64,000 nt of DNA from a virus. The position numbers were made by a program, and so were the translations under genes. The stretch lies in IMG/VR virus record IMGVR_UViG_2974715202_000001, one strand, 5' to 3'. The notes under the pieces are model-generated. The model was not told the origin of the DNA. It ran no database searches and saw nothing but the letters and a program-made list of their open reading frames with translations. Below are positions 27,339 to 36,818 of the stretch, in pieces; position 1 is the first letter of the stretch; the number at the start of each line of letters is the position of its first letter.

Positions 27339-28584
27339 TTATGACTACATAGTAGATACTGGAGTCATAGTCGCCGATACTGCTGATATTCTGAAGGACG
27401 TTGAAGCGGAATTCAGGGCAGCCCTCGGCGCCAATATCAACCTGGCGGCCTCAACGCCCCAGGGAACTCTGGTCGCGGCTGAAACCATTGCGCGTTCTAG
27501 CGTGATGAGGAATGAAGCTCGCATCGCCAATACCATCAACCCAAACGTGTCTTTCGGAACGTTCCTGGACGCCATCTGTGCGCTGATGGGAATCGAGCGC
27601 GGCTCTGATCTTTCGACGTTCGGCTATGGCGTCCAGGTGACCGGCCGCAGCCAGACCCGAATTTCCACCGGGTCGCGTGTGCAGACTCCGGCCGGAGCGA
27701 TTTTCACGGTCATGAGTGACGTTCTGATTCCGGCAACCGGAGTCGCCACCATCGACGTAAAATCGCAGGACTATGGAAACATCCCTCTTCCCGTAGGAAA
27801 TCTTATCATCATCGATGGAACCATCGGTTGGGCCGGGGCGAAAGTCATCGCTTCAACTCGCGTCGATCCTGGCAGCCGCCAAATGACCGATGCAGAATTG
27901 AAGAATGCTCGCGTCAATCGTCTGGCGATCCAAGGCCGCAACTCGACTTTGGCCATTAAAGCGTATGTCAGCGCCGTGCCCAACGTTACCTCGGTCAACG
28001 TCATCGAAAACAACACCGGCACTGTTCAAGTTGTCAACGGCGTATCATTCACCCTTCCGTATGCGGTCTGGGTCTGCGTCGCCGGAAATCCGGATAAGCA
28101 GGCTGTCGCAGATGCTCTGTGGGCGGCCCACAACGGCGGGACTCCCTGGGACTATGGCGCGGCCGACAACGGCGTCCCTGTGGATGGGCCTACTGGCGTT
28201 CCTGTTCGCGATCCGGCATCTGGTCGGAAGTATGTGGTGAAGTGGACTACTCCGATCATGTATGACGGATATGTAAACGTCACCGTTCAGCAAGGCTCTT
28301 CCTCGGTTGCTCCGGAAGCAATCCAAAACGCAGTTGTAAATTACGCCCAGGGGAAAGTGGAGGGCGAAGAGGGATTGGTCGTCGGCGCGAGTCTGTCTGC
28401 CTTTGAAGTGGCCGGGGCCATCGCTCGCGAGATTCCCGGAATCTACATTAAACTATGCCAGGTGGCTTGCGTCCCGGCTGGATCGCCGGCCCCGGCCCCC
28501 GGCGACTTCTCGCCTGAGTACGTCATGAGCGCATTCGGTCAGGCTACCATTTCGGTTGGCAACGTTAGGGTGACTTTCGTATGA
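27331..28584 (+). CDS. Baseplate wedge protein J-like
   Basis: STPQG.L+, A.G.FLD.+C.L.GI.R, D.EL+..R and VIEN motifs. Confidence 0.85.
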   Translation: MANYDYIVDTGVIVADTADILKDVEAEFRAALGANINLAASTPQGTLVAAETIARSSVMRNEARIANTINPNVSFGTFLDAICALMGIERGSDLSTFGYGVQVTGRSQTRISTGSRVQTPAGAIFTVMSDVLIPATGVATIDVKSQDYGNIPLPVGNLIIIDGTIGWAGAKVIASTRVDPGSRQMTDAELKNARVNRLAIQGRNSTLAIKAYVSAVPNVTSVNVIENNTGTVQVVNGVSFTLPYAVWVCVAGNPDKQAVADALWAAHNGGTPWDYGAADNGVPVDGPTGVPVRDPASGRKYVVKWTTPIMYDGYVNVTVQQGSSSVAPEAIQNAVVNYAQGKVEGEEGLVVGASLSAFEVAGAIAREIPGIYIKLCQVACVPAGSPAPAPGDFSPEYVMSAFGQATISVGNVRVTFV

Positions 28585-30095
28585 CTCTGCCCGCGTACAA
28601 TTCTGATATTCAACAGGCGCTGAAGTGGCTCCATAACCAGGCCCCTGGGATCACCGGCTTGGTTCAGCGAAAAGCTCAATGGTATGATCGTTTCAGCCGT
28701 CAATTTTGGGTGAACTGGGAGCGCGACGTTTTCAATTTGAAGACTGCCAACCCGTTCGGCCTTATGGTGTGGTGCATCATCCTCGGCACGCCTTCGAAAG
28801 GCTTCGGCCTGTATCCAAAAAACAGCTCTTGGGCGTTCGGTCGGCTGCGCCAGAACTTCGTTTATAGCGGGAATCAGGTTCCGCCGCCTGCAGACGCATC
28901 GCCGGGCGGCAACTTCTACGGTGGCGGCAATGCCGAAATCCTCAACTTGGACGAAATCAGGAAAGTGCTTCAGCTAAGATATGTAGCGCTGATTTCGAAC
29001 GGCTCGATTGCATATATCAATCGCATGCTTCGCTACATATTCAACGATGATGAGCCGTGGGACGAGGCGACCGGGTTGTACTTCTATCTCATGGACTCAA
29101 CCGGCGAGAATGGACCTGTGGAGAACTTGGCCATATATCGGAAAGATTGGGAAGGAATGGTGTTATTGTCCAGTTCGCCCAGAACGAACCACGTACTGAC
29201 ATCGACCCCTGCCAGCGACGCCGATTGGCCGGGTGTCGATCCGGCCGCGAGCGGCCGTCCGGTAACGGTCGAAACGGCGTCCGCTACGGCCCCGGACGGC
29301 TCCGCTACGGTGTGCAAGCTTACTAAGCCGGCCGGGAGTACCGCCTACGTCTCCGCGCCGATAGATGGGCCGCTGGGGTCCGGTAGCACTGTAACGTTTT
29401 CGTTCTTCGCGAAAGCCGGATCCACCCGTTTCATTGCAATTCAGTCGGCTGCCGATTTCCCCAGTCGAGCCGATGCCGTTTTCGACCTGGATTCCGGGAA
29501 CGTGATCAGCGATCAGATGTTGGACAGCAGCGTGGTAAGTGCCCGAATGATTCGTCTGGAAAATGGCTGGTGGCGTTGCGTTCTCACGACCAAGACCGTC
29601 AGCTCTTCGTTCCGCGCTGCTTACGTCGCTCCGGCAGAAACCAACTTCAGCTGGATCGATTCGAATTCCAGCGCGGCGATTGACGTGCTTATCTGGGGCG
29701 CTCAGATCGAACTGGGTGATACTCCAACTGGATACTTGGAGACTACCGGGGCGCCCGTGACCATCACCGATTATGCTTTGCAGAACGCCCAGACCGGAAC
29801 AGTCAAGTTCACGCAGCCCCTTCCGACAGGAGTAGAAGCGTATTGGACTGGAGACTGGAAAGGCGGGTCTGCGACCGAGCCGGCCAGATTCGCAGTAGGG
29901 GATGGGACTCAAGATACATTCAATCTGTCCAGCCCTGCATACATCGGCCTACCCACTAGTGGGGCGTTCAAGCTAGAATACAGAGTTGGTCCGGCGCTTA
30001 ATTTGTCGCCGCAATTGATCAACCTCATGAATGACCGGGCGGTCGGTATCATGCCGACTTGCGCCGGTTGCGATGTAAAAGTCATTCAGGAGTAA
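28581..30095 (+). CDS. Baseplate wedge protein (DUF2612-like) with an inserted CBM-like beta-sandwich
   Basis: N-terminal wedge domain; central FSFFAKAG...LENGWWRC...IWGAQIE.G..PTGY. Confidence 0.75.
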   Translation: MTLPAYNSDIQQALKWLHNQAPGITGLVQRKAQWYDRFSRQFWVNWERDVFNLKTANPFGLMVWCIILGTPSKGFGLYPKNSSWAFGRLRQNFVYSGNQVPPPADASPGGNFYGGGNAEILNLDEIRKVLQLRYVALISNGSIAYINRMLRYIFNDDEPWDEATGLYFYLMDSTGENGPVENLAIYRKDWEGMVLLSSSPRTNHVLTSTPASDADWPGVDPAASGRPVTVETASATAPDGSATVCKLTKPAGSTAYVSAPIDGPLGSGSTVTFSFFAKAGSTRFIAIQSAADFPSRADAVFDLDSGNVISDQMLDSSVVSARMIRLENGWWRCVLTTKTVSSSFRAAYVAPAETNFSWIDSNSSAAIDVLIWGAQIELGDTPTGYLETTGAPVTITDYALQNAQTGTVKFTQPLPTGVEAYWTGDWKGGSATEPARFAVGDGTQDTFNLSSPAYIGLPTSGAFKLEYRVGPALNLSPQLINLMNDRAVGIMPTCAGCDVKVIQE

Positions 30096-30099
30096 TGAC

Positions 30100-32994
30100 G
30101 TGATCACACCCGAACTGATACCCAGTCCGTTTGCTGCGCAGGGCGACAAAGACCCGATCCCGCAGACCTCTTCCACTGGTTTTGCCAACCTTCGCGATGG
30201 CTACACGCCGGACTACGAAATCAGTCTGGCGTCGAACAACCCGCAGGCCAAAGCGGTCGAGCGGAAAATTCAAAACCAACTCTTCTTCATCGCGACCCAG
30301 AACGCACAGGCGTGGCAGCGACAAATGGCGCCGCCGTGGTTTCAGGGCATGCCTGGCGGCTATGAACAGAATGCAGAAGTCGTGCGCGTCGGAAATGACG
30401 GCATAATGCGGCGTTATCGCTCCATGGTGAATGCCAATGCGAGCGACCCTCTCAGCAGCACGACTTGGGAAGAACAACCCGCATGGTCGGTGATGCGCTC
30501 CAACATCCCGATGCCGGCCGGAGGCCCAGGCCTATCTTCTGGCGGAGAAGTCATCACGACCGGCCGCAACTTCAACGACCTGTTAAATGGGACGTGGGAG
30601 TTCTTCTCTGATTCAGTGGTTATCGCTTCTCAGAATGCCCCCGTATATCCGGCTTCCGCTGGTGCCGCTGCTGGCATGTTGGAGGCGAAATCTTGGGTGT
30701 CCGGAGCCAATACGTTCTGCGTCCAACGCTACACTGATCGCGTCGGGAACGTCGCTGTGCGCGGGCTTAATGCCGGAGCGTGGACCAACTGGATGTATGC
30801 GGTAAACGTCATGGCCCTTCAACAAGGTCGGGTCACCTATGGAGTCGCGGCCGGATCGGCGAACGCTTACACGTTGACGCTAGTTCCGCAGCTCCAAGGC
30901 GGCCTGGTGGATGGCATGATTCTTCGGGTCAAGTTCAACACCATGAACACCGGCGCCTCCACCATCAACGTCTCCGGACTCGGCGCCAAAGCCATCGTCG
31001 GCGCGGCCAACTTCCCTCTCACCGGCGGCGAACTTGGCCAAGGACTCATCGCTGAGCTTGTATTCGACGCAGCAGGCGACCGCTGGAGAATCCTCGCAGG
31101 CGCGCCACGCATCCAAGTTGGCAACGCCGATCAAGATTACCAGGCCCCCAGCTGGAAACAGGTGAAGGATTACGTCGCGTCCCAAAAGCTGACTGAAGTG
31201 GACTGGGCTGACGTCGTCAACAAGCCGAACGTCGCTATCCAAGACACTACGCCGTGGTTCGCCAATCTGGAGTTGTCTGACGCTCGGCCTTTCATCGATT
31301 TCCACTTCAACAACAACCGCGCCAAAGACTTCGACTATCGCTTTATCTCTGAAGCTGATGGGTCGATGGCGTTCTACTCTCGCCAGGGGTCAGCTGGTCC
31401 TACCCAGGATATCCTGTTCAGCAGGTCGAATGTTACATTCCTCCAGCCGCGACTGGATGTTGCGAAAAACCTCGCGTACATCGCGAACTCTGGCCCCCTT
31501 TGGCAGAACACCACTGCCGATCAGCCTGGTTGGAAATTCACCTTCGCACAAGGTGTGGACGCCAACAACAACGCGGTTATCGCAGTCAATACCACCAATC
31601 CGGACGGCTCCTATCGCTCACAGATCATGCGATGGGACTGGGCGTCCACGAACGTCATATTCAACAATCGTCCGCTCTTTGCCGGTCAATACACTCCTTG
31701 GGATTCTGGAAACTTTGATCCCTCCACCAAGTTGACTGTGAATGCCACGAACCAAATCGCCGGCCCGACCGGGATTCGGAATACAAACGGCAACACCGGC
31801 AACATGAACACATGGGGCTCCAGTTCCACGACGGCTTCATACGGAAACGCTGCTCTTCAAATCTTCGGGAAAGGTGGTGGCGAGCCTGCCGCGCTTTATT
31901 TCGACAACTCCCAGACAGGATGGTATCTGGGGATGGACAAGGATGGACAGCTCAAGCGGGCCGGCTGGTCGCTCGGCAATAACGCCTACGTGATTACCGA
32001 CGAATCCAACATTCGTTTCCACGTGAATTCCATGGCTGGCACTCCTGTTTGGGGCGGAAACGAATTCTGGGGGCCGTGGAACTTTAATCCGAACACCAAG
32101 CTGACCATCAAAGCCGGCACCCAGGAAACTAGCAGCACTGCGATATTCAGCGGAACTATGCCATTCGCTCCAATCGCATCGCTGTCCGATTATTCTCAGG
32201 CCCCTTTGACGGTTTACAACGCGCCAACCGGTCCGTCTGCAAAACCGGCCGTCATCGCGTTCATTCGTCCTGGCAACTGGGGCGCGTTCTTCGGCATCGA
32301 TACCGACAACAAGCTGAAATGGGGCGGCGGATCGCTCGGCAACAGTTCCAGGGAAATCGCCGATTCCAGCAACATCATGAATCTTTGGGCGGCCAACCCG
32401 ACCGCGCCGTCCTGGAACGGCCAAACCGTTTGGCGATCCGGAAACTTTGATCCGGCGACGAAAGTGGATTTGAACGCCGCGAACGCCACCAACGGCAACA
32501 TGGTCTTCAACCGCATCGCCGGAACTGGCAGCGGGATCGCCTCTTCCGGCCGCATCGGCGCAATCAGCCTCCAGAACGGCGCAACGGCAGGCGCGGCCGC
32601 AGCAGTAACATTCGAGCGGGGCGGTGGTTTCTTCGTCAACTTCGGCTTGGACACCGACAACGTTCTCAAAGTAGGTGGCGGAAACCTGGGGGCAAACGCC
32701 TATCCGGTCATCCACGCCGGGAACTACAATAACTACATCAACCAGGCGCTGGTTCAGGTAGGTCTTGGCGGAGTCGGTTCCTATGGCATTTTCGCGGTTC
32801 TGGACAATGCCGCTCCAATCGCGACCGTTCAACCAGGAGTGGTTGTGGACGGCTCCATTCTCATCTACTCGTCTTGCTCCGCAAACTACAATAGCGGTCA
32901 AAGACCTGCCGGAACTTGGCGCTGCATGGGCTATGTAGTCAACCGGGACGCCAACACCCCTGACTCCGCGACCCTTTTCCAGCGAGTGACGTAA
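30100..32994 (+). CDS. Tail fibre protein, 964 aa
   Basis: N-terminal P.PFA..GDK.PIP anchor; three repeated C-terminal knob modules. Confidence 0.9.
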   Translation: MITPELIPSPFAAQGDKDPIPQTSSTGFANLRDGYTPDYEISLASNNPQAKAVERKIQNQLFFIATQNAQAWQRQMAPPWFQGMPGGYEQNAEVVRVGNDGIMRRYRSMVNANASDPLSSTTWEEQPAWSVMRSNIPMPAGGPGLSSGGEVITTGRNFNDLLNGTWEFFSDSVVIASQNAPVYPASAGAAAGMLEAKSWVSGANTFCVQRYTDRVGNVAVRGLNAGAWTNWMYAVNVMALQQGRVTYGVAAGSANAYTLTLVPQLQGGLVDGMILRVKFNTMNTGASTINVSGLGAKAIVGAANFPLTGGELGQGLIAELVFDAAGDRWRILAGAPRIQVGNADQDYQAPSWKQVKDYVASQKLTEVDWADVVNKPNVAIQDTTPWFANLELSDARPFIDFHFNNNRAKDFDYRFISEADGSMAFYSRQGSAGPTQDILFSRSNVTFLQPRLDVAKNLAYIANSGPLWQNTTADQPGWKFTFAQGVDANNNAVIAVNTTNPDGSYRSQIMRWDWASTNVIFNNRPLFAGQYTPWDSGNFDPSTKLTVNATNQIAGPTGIRNTNGNTGNMNTWGSSSTTASYGNAALQIFGKGGGEPAALYFDNSQTGWYLGMDKDGQLKRAGWSLGNNAYVITDESNIRFHVNSMAGTPVWGGNEFWGPWNFNPNTKLTIKAGTQETSSTAIFSGTMPFAPIASLSDYSQAPLTVYNAPTGPSAKPAVIAFIRPGNWGAFFGIDTDNKLKWGGGSLGNSSREIADSSNIMNLWAANPTAPSWNGQTVWRSGNFDPATKVDLNAANATNGNMVFNRIAGTGSGIASSGRIGAISLQNGATAGAAAAVTFERGGGFFVNFGLDTDNVLKVGGGNLGANAYPVIHAGNYNNYINQALVQVGLGGVGSYGIFAVLDNAAPIATVQPGVVVDGSILIYSSCSANYNSGQRPAGTWRCMGYVVNRDANTPDSATLFQRVT

Positions 32995-32995
32995 A

Positions 32996-33424
32996 ATGAA
33001 ATGGACGCGGATCAGAAACCCACGTTGGCTGGACGCAGTAAACATCCACGCCATGGTGACTTTCGAGGGAATCGGTGAAGTGCCGTTCACCGCCAATCCG
33101 CAAGACGTTGAGGCCCACGGAAGGGCCATCTACGCTGCGATTCTATCTGGGGAGCACGGGCCTATCGCCCCGGTCGATTCGAAGCGGGAGAAGGCCTTGC
33201 AGGACGCTATACGAGCCAGGGAAAAGCGGGCTATCCTTCGGGATACCCGCTGGCCCATAGATCGCCACGACGAGCAGAGACGGCTGGGTATCGAAACCAC
33301 GGACGGCCCTGGGCTGATCGCAGCCCTTGTTCACTGGAGGCAGCAGATTCGCGACTGGAACAGCGGGGATCGGCCGCGACTTCCCATGGCTCTGAAAACA
33401 ATGTTCAAAAATCAGGAGTACTGA
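32996..33424 (+). CDS. Tail fibre assembly chaperone
   Basis: NPRW, PFTA.P.D.E.HGR.IY motifs; follows the fibre gene. Confidence 0.8.
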   Translation: MKWTRIRNPRWLDAVNIHAMVTFEGIGEVPFTANPQDVEAHGRAIYAAILSGEHGPIAPVDSKREKALQDAIRAREKRAILRDTRWPIDRHDEQRRLGIETTDGPGLIAALVHWRQQIRDWNSGDRPRLPMALKTMFKNQEY

Positions 33425-34086
33425 TGAAAATAACGAAGGATATTTTGATCACCGGAACCGGGTGTACCATGGATCGGGCGATCAAGTGGCTGGATGACAT
33501 CCAGGCGGCCATGGATAAGTTCCACATCGAGTCGCCGCGAGCCATTGCGGCCTACCTCGCCAACATCGGCGTCGAGTCCGGTGGATTGGTGAGTCTGGTG
33601 GAGAATCTCAACTACAGCGCCCAAGGACTGGCCAACACTTGGCCGCGCCGGTACGCAGTGGACCCGCGCGTCCGTCCGTATGTGCCGAACGCTCTGGCGA
33701 ACCGCCTAGCCCGCAATCCGGTCGCCATCGCCAACAACGTGTACGCGGATCGCATGGGTAATGGCTGCGAGCAGGATGGGGACGGCTGGAAGTATCGCGG
33801 TCGCGGCCTGATCCAGCTGACCGGGAAATCGAACTATGCCCTGTTCGCCGAAGACTCCGGTCTGGACGTTCTGGAGAAACCGGAACTGCTGGAAACTCCT
33901 GCCGGCGCGTCGATGTCTTCGGCATGGTTCTTCTGGCGCAATCGCTGCATCCCCATGGCGGAATCCAACAACTTCTCCATGGTCGTGAAGACCATCAACG
34001 GCGCCGCGCCGAACGATGCGAACCACGGTCAGCTCCGGATAAACCGCTATGTGAAGACCGTCGCCGCGATCAATCAAGGCTCCTGA
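33424..34086 (+). CDS. Endolysin, glycoside hydrolase family 19
   Basis: ESGG, ENLNYSA, YRGRGLIQLTGKSNY and INGA motifs. Confidence 0.9.
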   Translation: MKITKDILITGTGCTMDRAIKWLDDIQAAMDKFHIESPRAIAAYLANIGVESGGLVSLVENLNYSAQGLANTWPRRYAVDPRVRPYVPNALANRLARNPVAIANNVYADRMGNGCEQDGDGWKYRGRGLIQLTGKSNYALFAEDSGLDVLEKPELLETPAGASMSSAWFFWRNRCIPMAESNNFSMVVKTINGAAPNDANHGQLRINRYVKTVAAINQGS

Positions 34087-34099
34087 TCTTCTCCGAAAG

Positions 34100-34126
34100 A
34101 AAAGGCCGCTTATTCAGCGGCCTTTT
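34100..34126. terminator. Bidirectional terminator
   Basis: AAAAGGCCGCT-TATTC-AGCGGCCTTTT between convergent genes. Confidence 0.85.
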
Positions 34127-34361
34127 TGCTTTCCGGCTTTGCCTCTTCAATCTTCCTGACTTCAATAGGCGCGACAGACTCTTCCTGGGTGACCGAGTCC
34201 ACATAGTTCCCTAGCGAACTCAGAACGCCGATTAACAGCGCTCTTACCACCTTATCCTTGACTGTCTCGCCTATGATCTTTGTCAGAACGGATATCAACT
34301 CTTCCCGGAGTCTTGGGCTTATTCTTGGCCGAAAACGCTTGCGATGCTCTTTGCGTTTCAT
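34110..34361 (-). CDS. Hypothetical basic protein, 83 aa
   Basis: RBS GAGGA before ATG. Confidence 0.65.
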   Translation of the reverse strand: MKRKEHRKRFRPRISPRLREELISVLTKIIGETVKDKVVRALLIGVLSSLGNYVDSVTQEESVAPIEVRKIEEAKPESKKAAE

Positions 34362-34579
34362 GTTTAGTCCTCTGTTTGCGGTCTTCTCCTCACCCCGATA
34401 ATAGCTTGGGGATGCGCTGTGTTAATCGGAAGGGTCGGGCGTTATTATAACTCGACGAAAATGCTCGCGCTTAACTGTTTAACGATACGCACCGCGATAT
34501 TAAATCGCCTTCTTTCTGGCCAAGGAACTCTGGCGCCCGAGTCCGGTCTAAGGCTTAATTTGTCGACATTAAAACGAGA

Positions 34580-34616
34580 AAACCCGGATCGCCTTTAGGA
34601 TAAGGCGTCCGGGTTT
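34580..34616. terminator. Terminator downstream of the ligase gene
   Basis: AAACCCGGA/TCCGGGTTT outer stem with inner CGCCTT/AAGGCG. Confidence 0.75.
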
Positions 34617-34640
34617 ATTTCGATCTAGTGTCCGCTAGAA

Positions 34641-35552
34641 TCAGTGGCTCGCGCCCCATCCGTCCAACCAGCAGTCGAAGACGGAATGGCGCGGCTTATC
34701 CTTCGCACCATGCGGGAAATGCGTGAATCGGATGACCTGACCATTGAGGGATTCTCTGTCCTTCCAGAGACGCTGCTTTTCATCGTGAGTGATGCTGGAT
34801 GCCGAAACCCTGAATGTCTGCCCAGGCCAAACTTTTTCGTTGCGGCAGACGAACGAACCGACCATGCCGGACGGAACAAGGTTTTCTGCGTGGCTGGAAC
34901 GGGCAGTGTAGCCAAGCTCATCGATGAAGGCTTCGTTTTCGTTGATCATCAACTCTTCGACGCCGATAATTTCGGCCTCTTCGGAATCGTACCGCTTGAA
35001 CTTCACACAATGGCCTTCTTTCGCGGTCGAGCGACCGAACTTGTAAATTCCATTCTTCTTCTTGCCAATGGAACCTTCGAAGCCCAGGCCGACGTGCCGC
35101 AGCTCCGTCTCGGTCATCTGTTCAACGGACGTAACCAGCTCCTGCTCGACCAGGTGGATGCGGGTCATTTCGAAGCGTTCCCGGAGTTCCTTGACCCGGT
35201 GCTCGGCCGCGTCGAGGCGTTCGTCAGTCGGCATTCTGGGATCGGTGAAATCGTCGAACACGTGGAACGACCAGTCCGGTTCGCCATCGCGGCGGCGAAG
35301 ATCGCCGGACGATTTCTGAAAGACTTTCGGGTCGGTGATGTCGCCGCAGACCAACTCGCCGTCCAGGCCGTTGAAAATCGGGTTGCTGAGGTATTGATTG
35401 ATAGCCGCGTTCGCCTGCGGCTTGAATGATCGGGTCAGAGCGTGGCCATCGTGGATGAAGGCGCGAAAGCCATCGATCTTCGGCGACATGAAGATTGGCA
35501 GTTGGCCTTCCAGCAGACCGGGATCGGCCATCGATGCGAACATCGGTTTCAT
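34641..35552 (-). CDS. lig: ATP-dependent DNA ligase
   Basis: KIDG motif I, FHVFD, EG...K and KFK motifs; C-terminal OB fold. Confidence 0.9.
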   Translation of the reverse strand: MKPMFASMADPGLLEGQLPIFMSPKIDGFRAFIHDGHALTRSFKPQANAAINQYLSNPIFNGLDGELVCGDITDPKVFQKSSGDLRRRDGEPDWSFHVFDDFTDPRMPTDERLDAAEHRVKELRERFEMTRIHLVEQELVTSVEQMTETELRHVGLGFEGSIGKKKNGIYKFGRSTAKEGHCVKFKRYDSEEAEIIGVEELMINENEAFIDELGYTARSSHAENLVPSGMVGSFVCRNEKVWPGQTFRVSASSITHDEKQRLWKDRESLNGQVIRFTHFPHGAKDKPRHSVFDCWLDGWGASH

Positions 35553-35605
35553 AGAATTCTCCAGAAAGAAGCCCGGCGAACCGGGCTGAATGGCGGTAAG
35601 CCGGA

Positions 35606-36160
35606 TCAGATGGTTTCGTTGGCGTGATTCAGCTCGGCCATGATCGACGCATAGCGCTCATCCGACTCCTTGATGAACACGCCGTTGTACATCACGCCTT
35701 TGCGATCCTTGATGGTGTCGTAGGCCGCCTGGTAGCATTCGAGCATGCTGGTGTCATGCTCTTCTGCCGCGTCGAACAGGGATGCGACTGCCATGACCAA
35801 ACTCTTGATGGCAAGCCACCGATTTCCGCGAGCCAGCGAGCCGGCCAGGTCGCCGAGTAATTTCAGATCTTCGCCGTAGGACGGGCGGCGCTCGACCGCC
35901 AAGACGAAGGCCGACATATGGTCGAACAGATTTTCGCCGAGCTGCGCGGCCATGATGGTGGCCACGACCATGACATCGCCGATGCCGTCTTTCACTTCGG
36001 CGGTGTTATTCTGGATGTAGGCTTCGCAAACTTCTGCGAATTCTTCTACCAGCTTGAGGAACTGATCTTTGGCCGAAGAGCCTTTGATCAGGTTACGGTC
36101 TGAACCCCATTTTACCACCAGGTCATGGAGTTCGCTATTCATGATTCGTTCGATGATCAT
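35606..36160 (-). CDS. MazG-like nucleotide pyrophosphohydrolase
   Basis: KLVEEFAEV, KDGIGDVMV and AYDTIKDRKG..NGVFIKE motifs. Confidence 0.8.
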   Translation of the reverse strand: MIIERIMNSELHDLVVKWGSDRNLIKGSSAKDQFLKLVEEFAEVCEAYIQNNTAEVKDGIGDVMVVATIMAAQLGENLFDHMSAFVLAVERRPSYGEDLKLLGDLAGSLARGNRWLAIKSLVMAVASLFDAAEEHDTSMLECYQAAYDTIKDRKGVMYNGVFIKESDERYASIMAELNHANETI

Positions 36161-36762
36161 TCTTTCGATTCCTTCTGTATTTGGGATTTGACTGCGTTGA
36201 TGATGGACGCCGTGCTCTGGCGCGATCCGTCCTTAGTGGTGCCGAAGTAAAAGGCCATAACAGACTTCAGTTCGGCAAACCAATAGCCGATGATGGTGCC
36301 GATGGCGACGGAAGAAGTCGGGTCCATCAGCGCCTCGCGGCCGAATGTGAAAATTGCGATGATGATGAGAATGGAACCGGTCAGAAGAGCAAAAGTTATC
36401 GCCGGGCGAACGAAGTCATTTTGTTGCGCAGCAAGCCTTCTCGCCGAATCCCTGTCTGCCGCCTCGGCGGCGAACTGGCTGAGTTCGGCTTGGAGCTGGT
36501 TTTGCTCAGACTGAAGACGGTTTTGTTCGGCCTGGATGGCCAGCTCCTGGAGGCGAACGCGCTCGGCGCTCTGGAGTTCTGCGAGGCGCGCTAGAGCCTC
36601 CGGATTCGCGTCTAGAGCGCTCGCGACCGAGGCTGGGTCGGCCTTCGACCCTAGCGCCGTCGCGACGATAGCGCCAACGGCGGCGCCTGCAGGACCACCC
36701 AGGAGCGACCCCAGGGCCGGAGCGGCCGCGCCGATCTTACTACCTATGTCCTTCCAGTCCAT
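36157..36762 (-). CDS. Putative holin (GTA 3TM-like family)
   Basis: N-terminal AP.LG..LGGPAG, coiled coil with D..SAR, RP...., two TM helices and FYFG motif; RBS GAGGA before ATG 36762. Confidence 0.65.
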   Translation of the reverse strand: MDWKDIGSKIGAAAPALGSLLGGPAGAAVGAIVATALGSKADPASVASALDANPEALARLAELQSAERVRLQELAIQAEQNRLQSEQNQLQAELSQFAAEAADRDSARRLAAQQNDFVRPAITFALLTGSILIIIAIFTFGREALMDPTSSVAIGTIIGYWFAELKSVMAFYFGTTKDGSRQSTASIINAVKSQIQKESKE

Positions 36763-36778
36763 ATTTCGATTCCTCAAA

Positions 36779-36805
36779 AGAAAGGCGCCATTACAGCGCC
36801 TTTCT
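36779..36805 (-). terminator. Intrinsic terminator between SSB-like and holin genes
   Basis: AGAAAGGCGC-7 nt-GCGCCTTTCT with U-tract on the minus strand. Confidence 0.7.
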
Positions 36806-36818
36806 CTGGCCGTTGACG

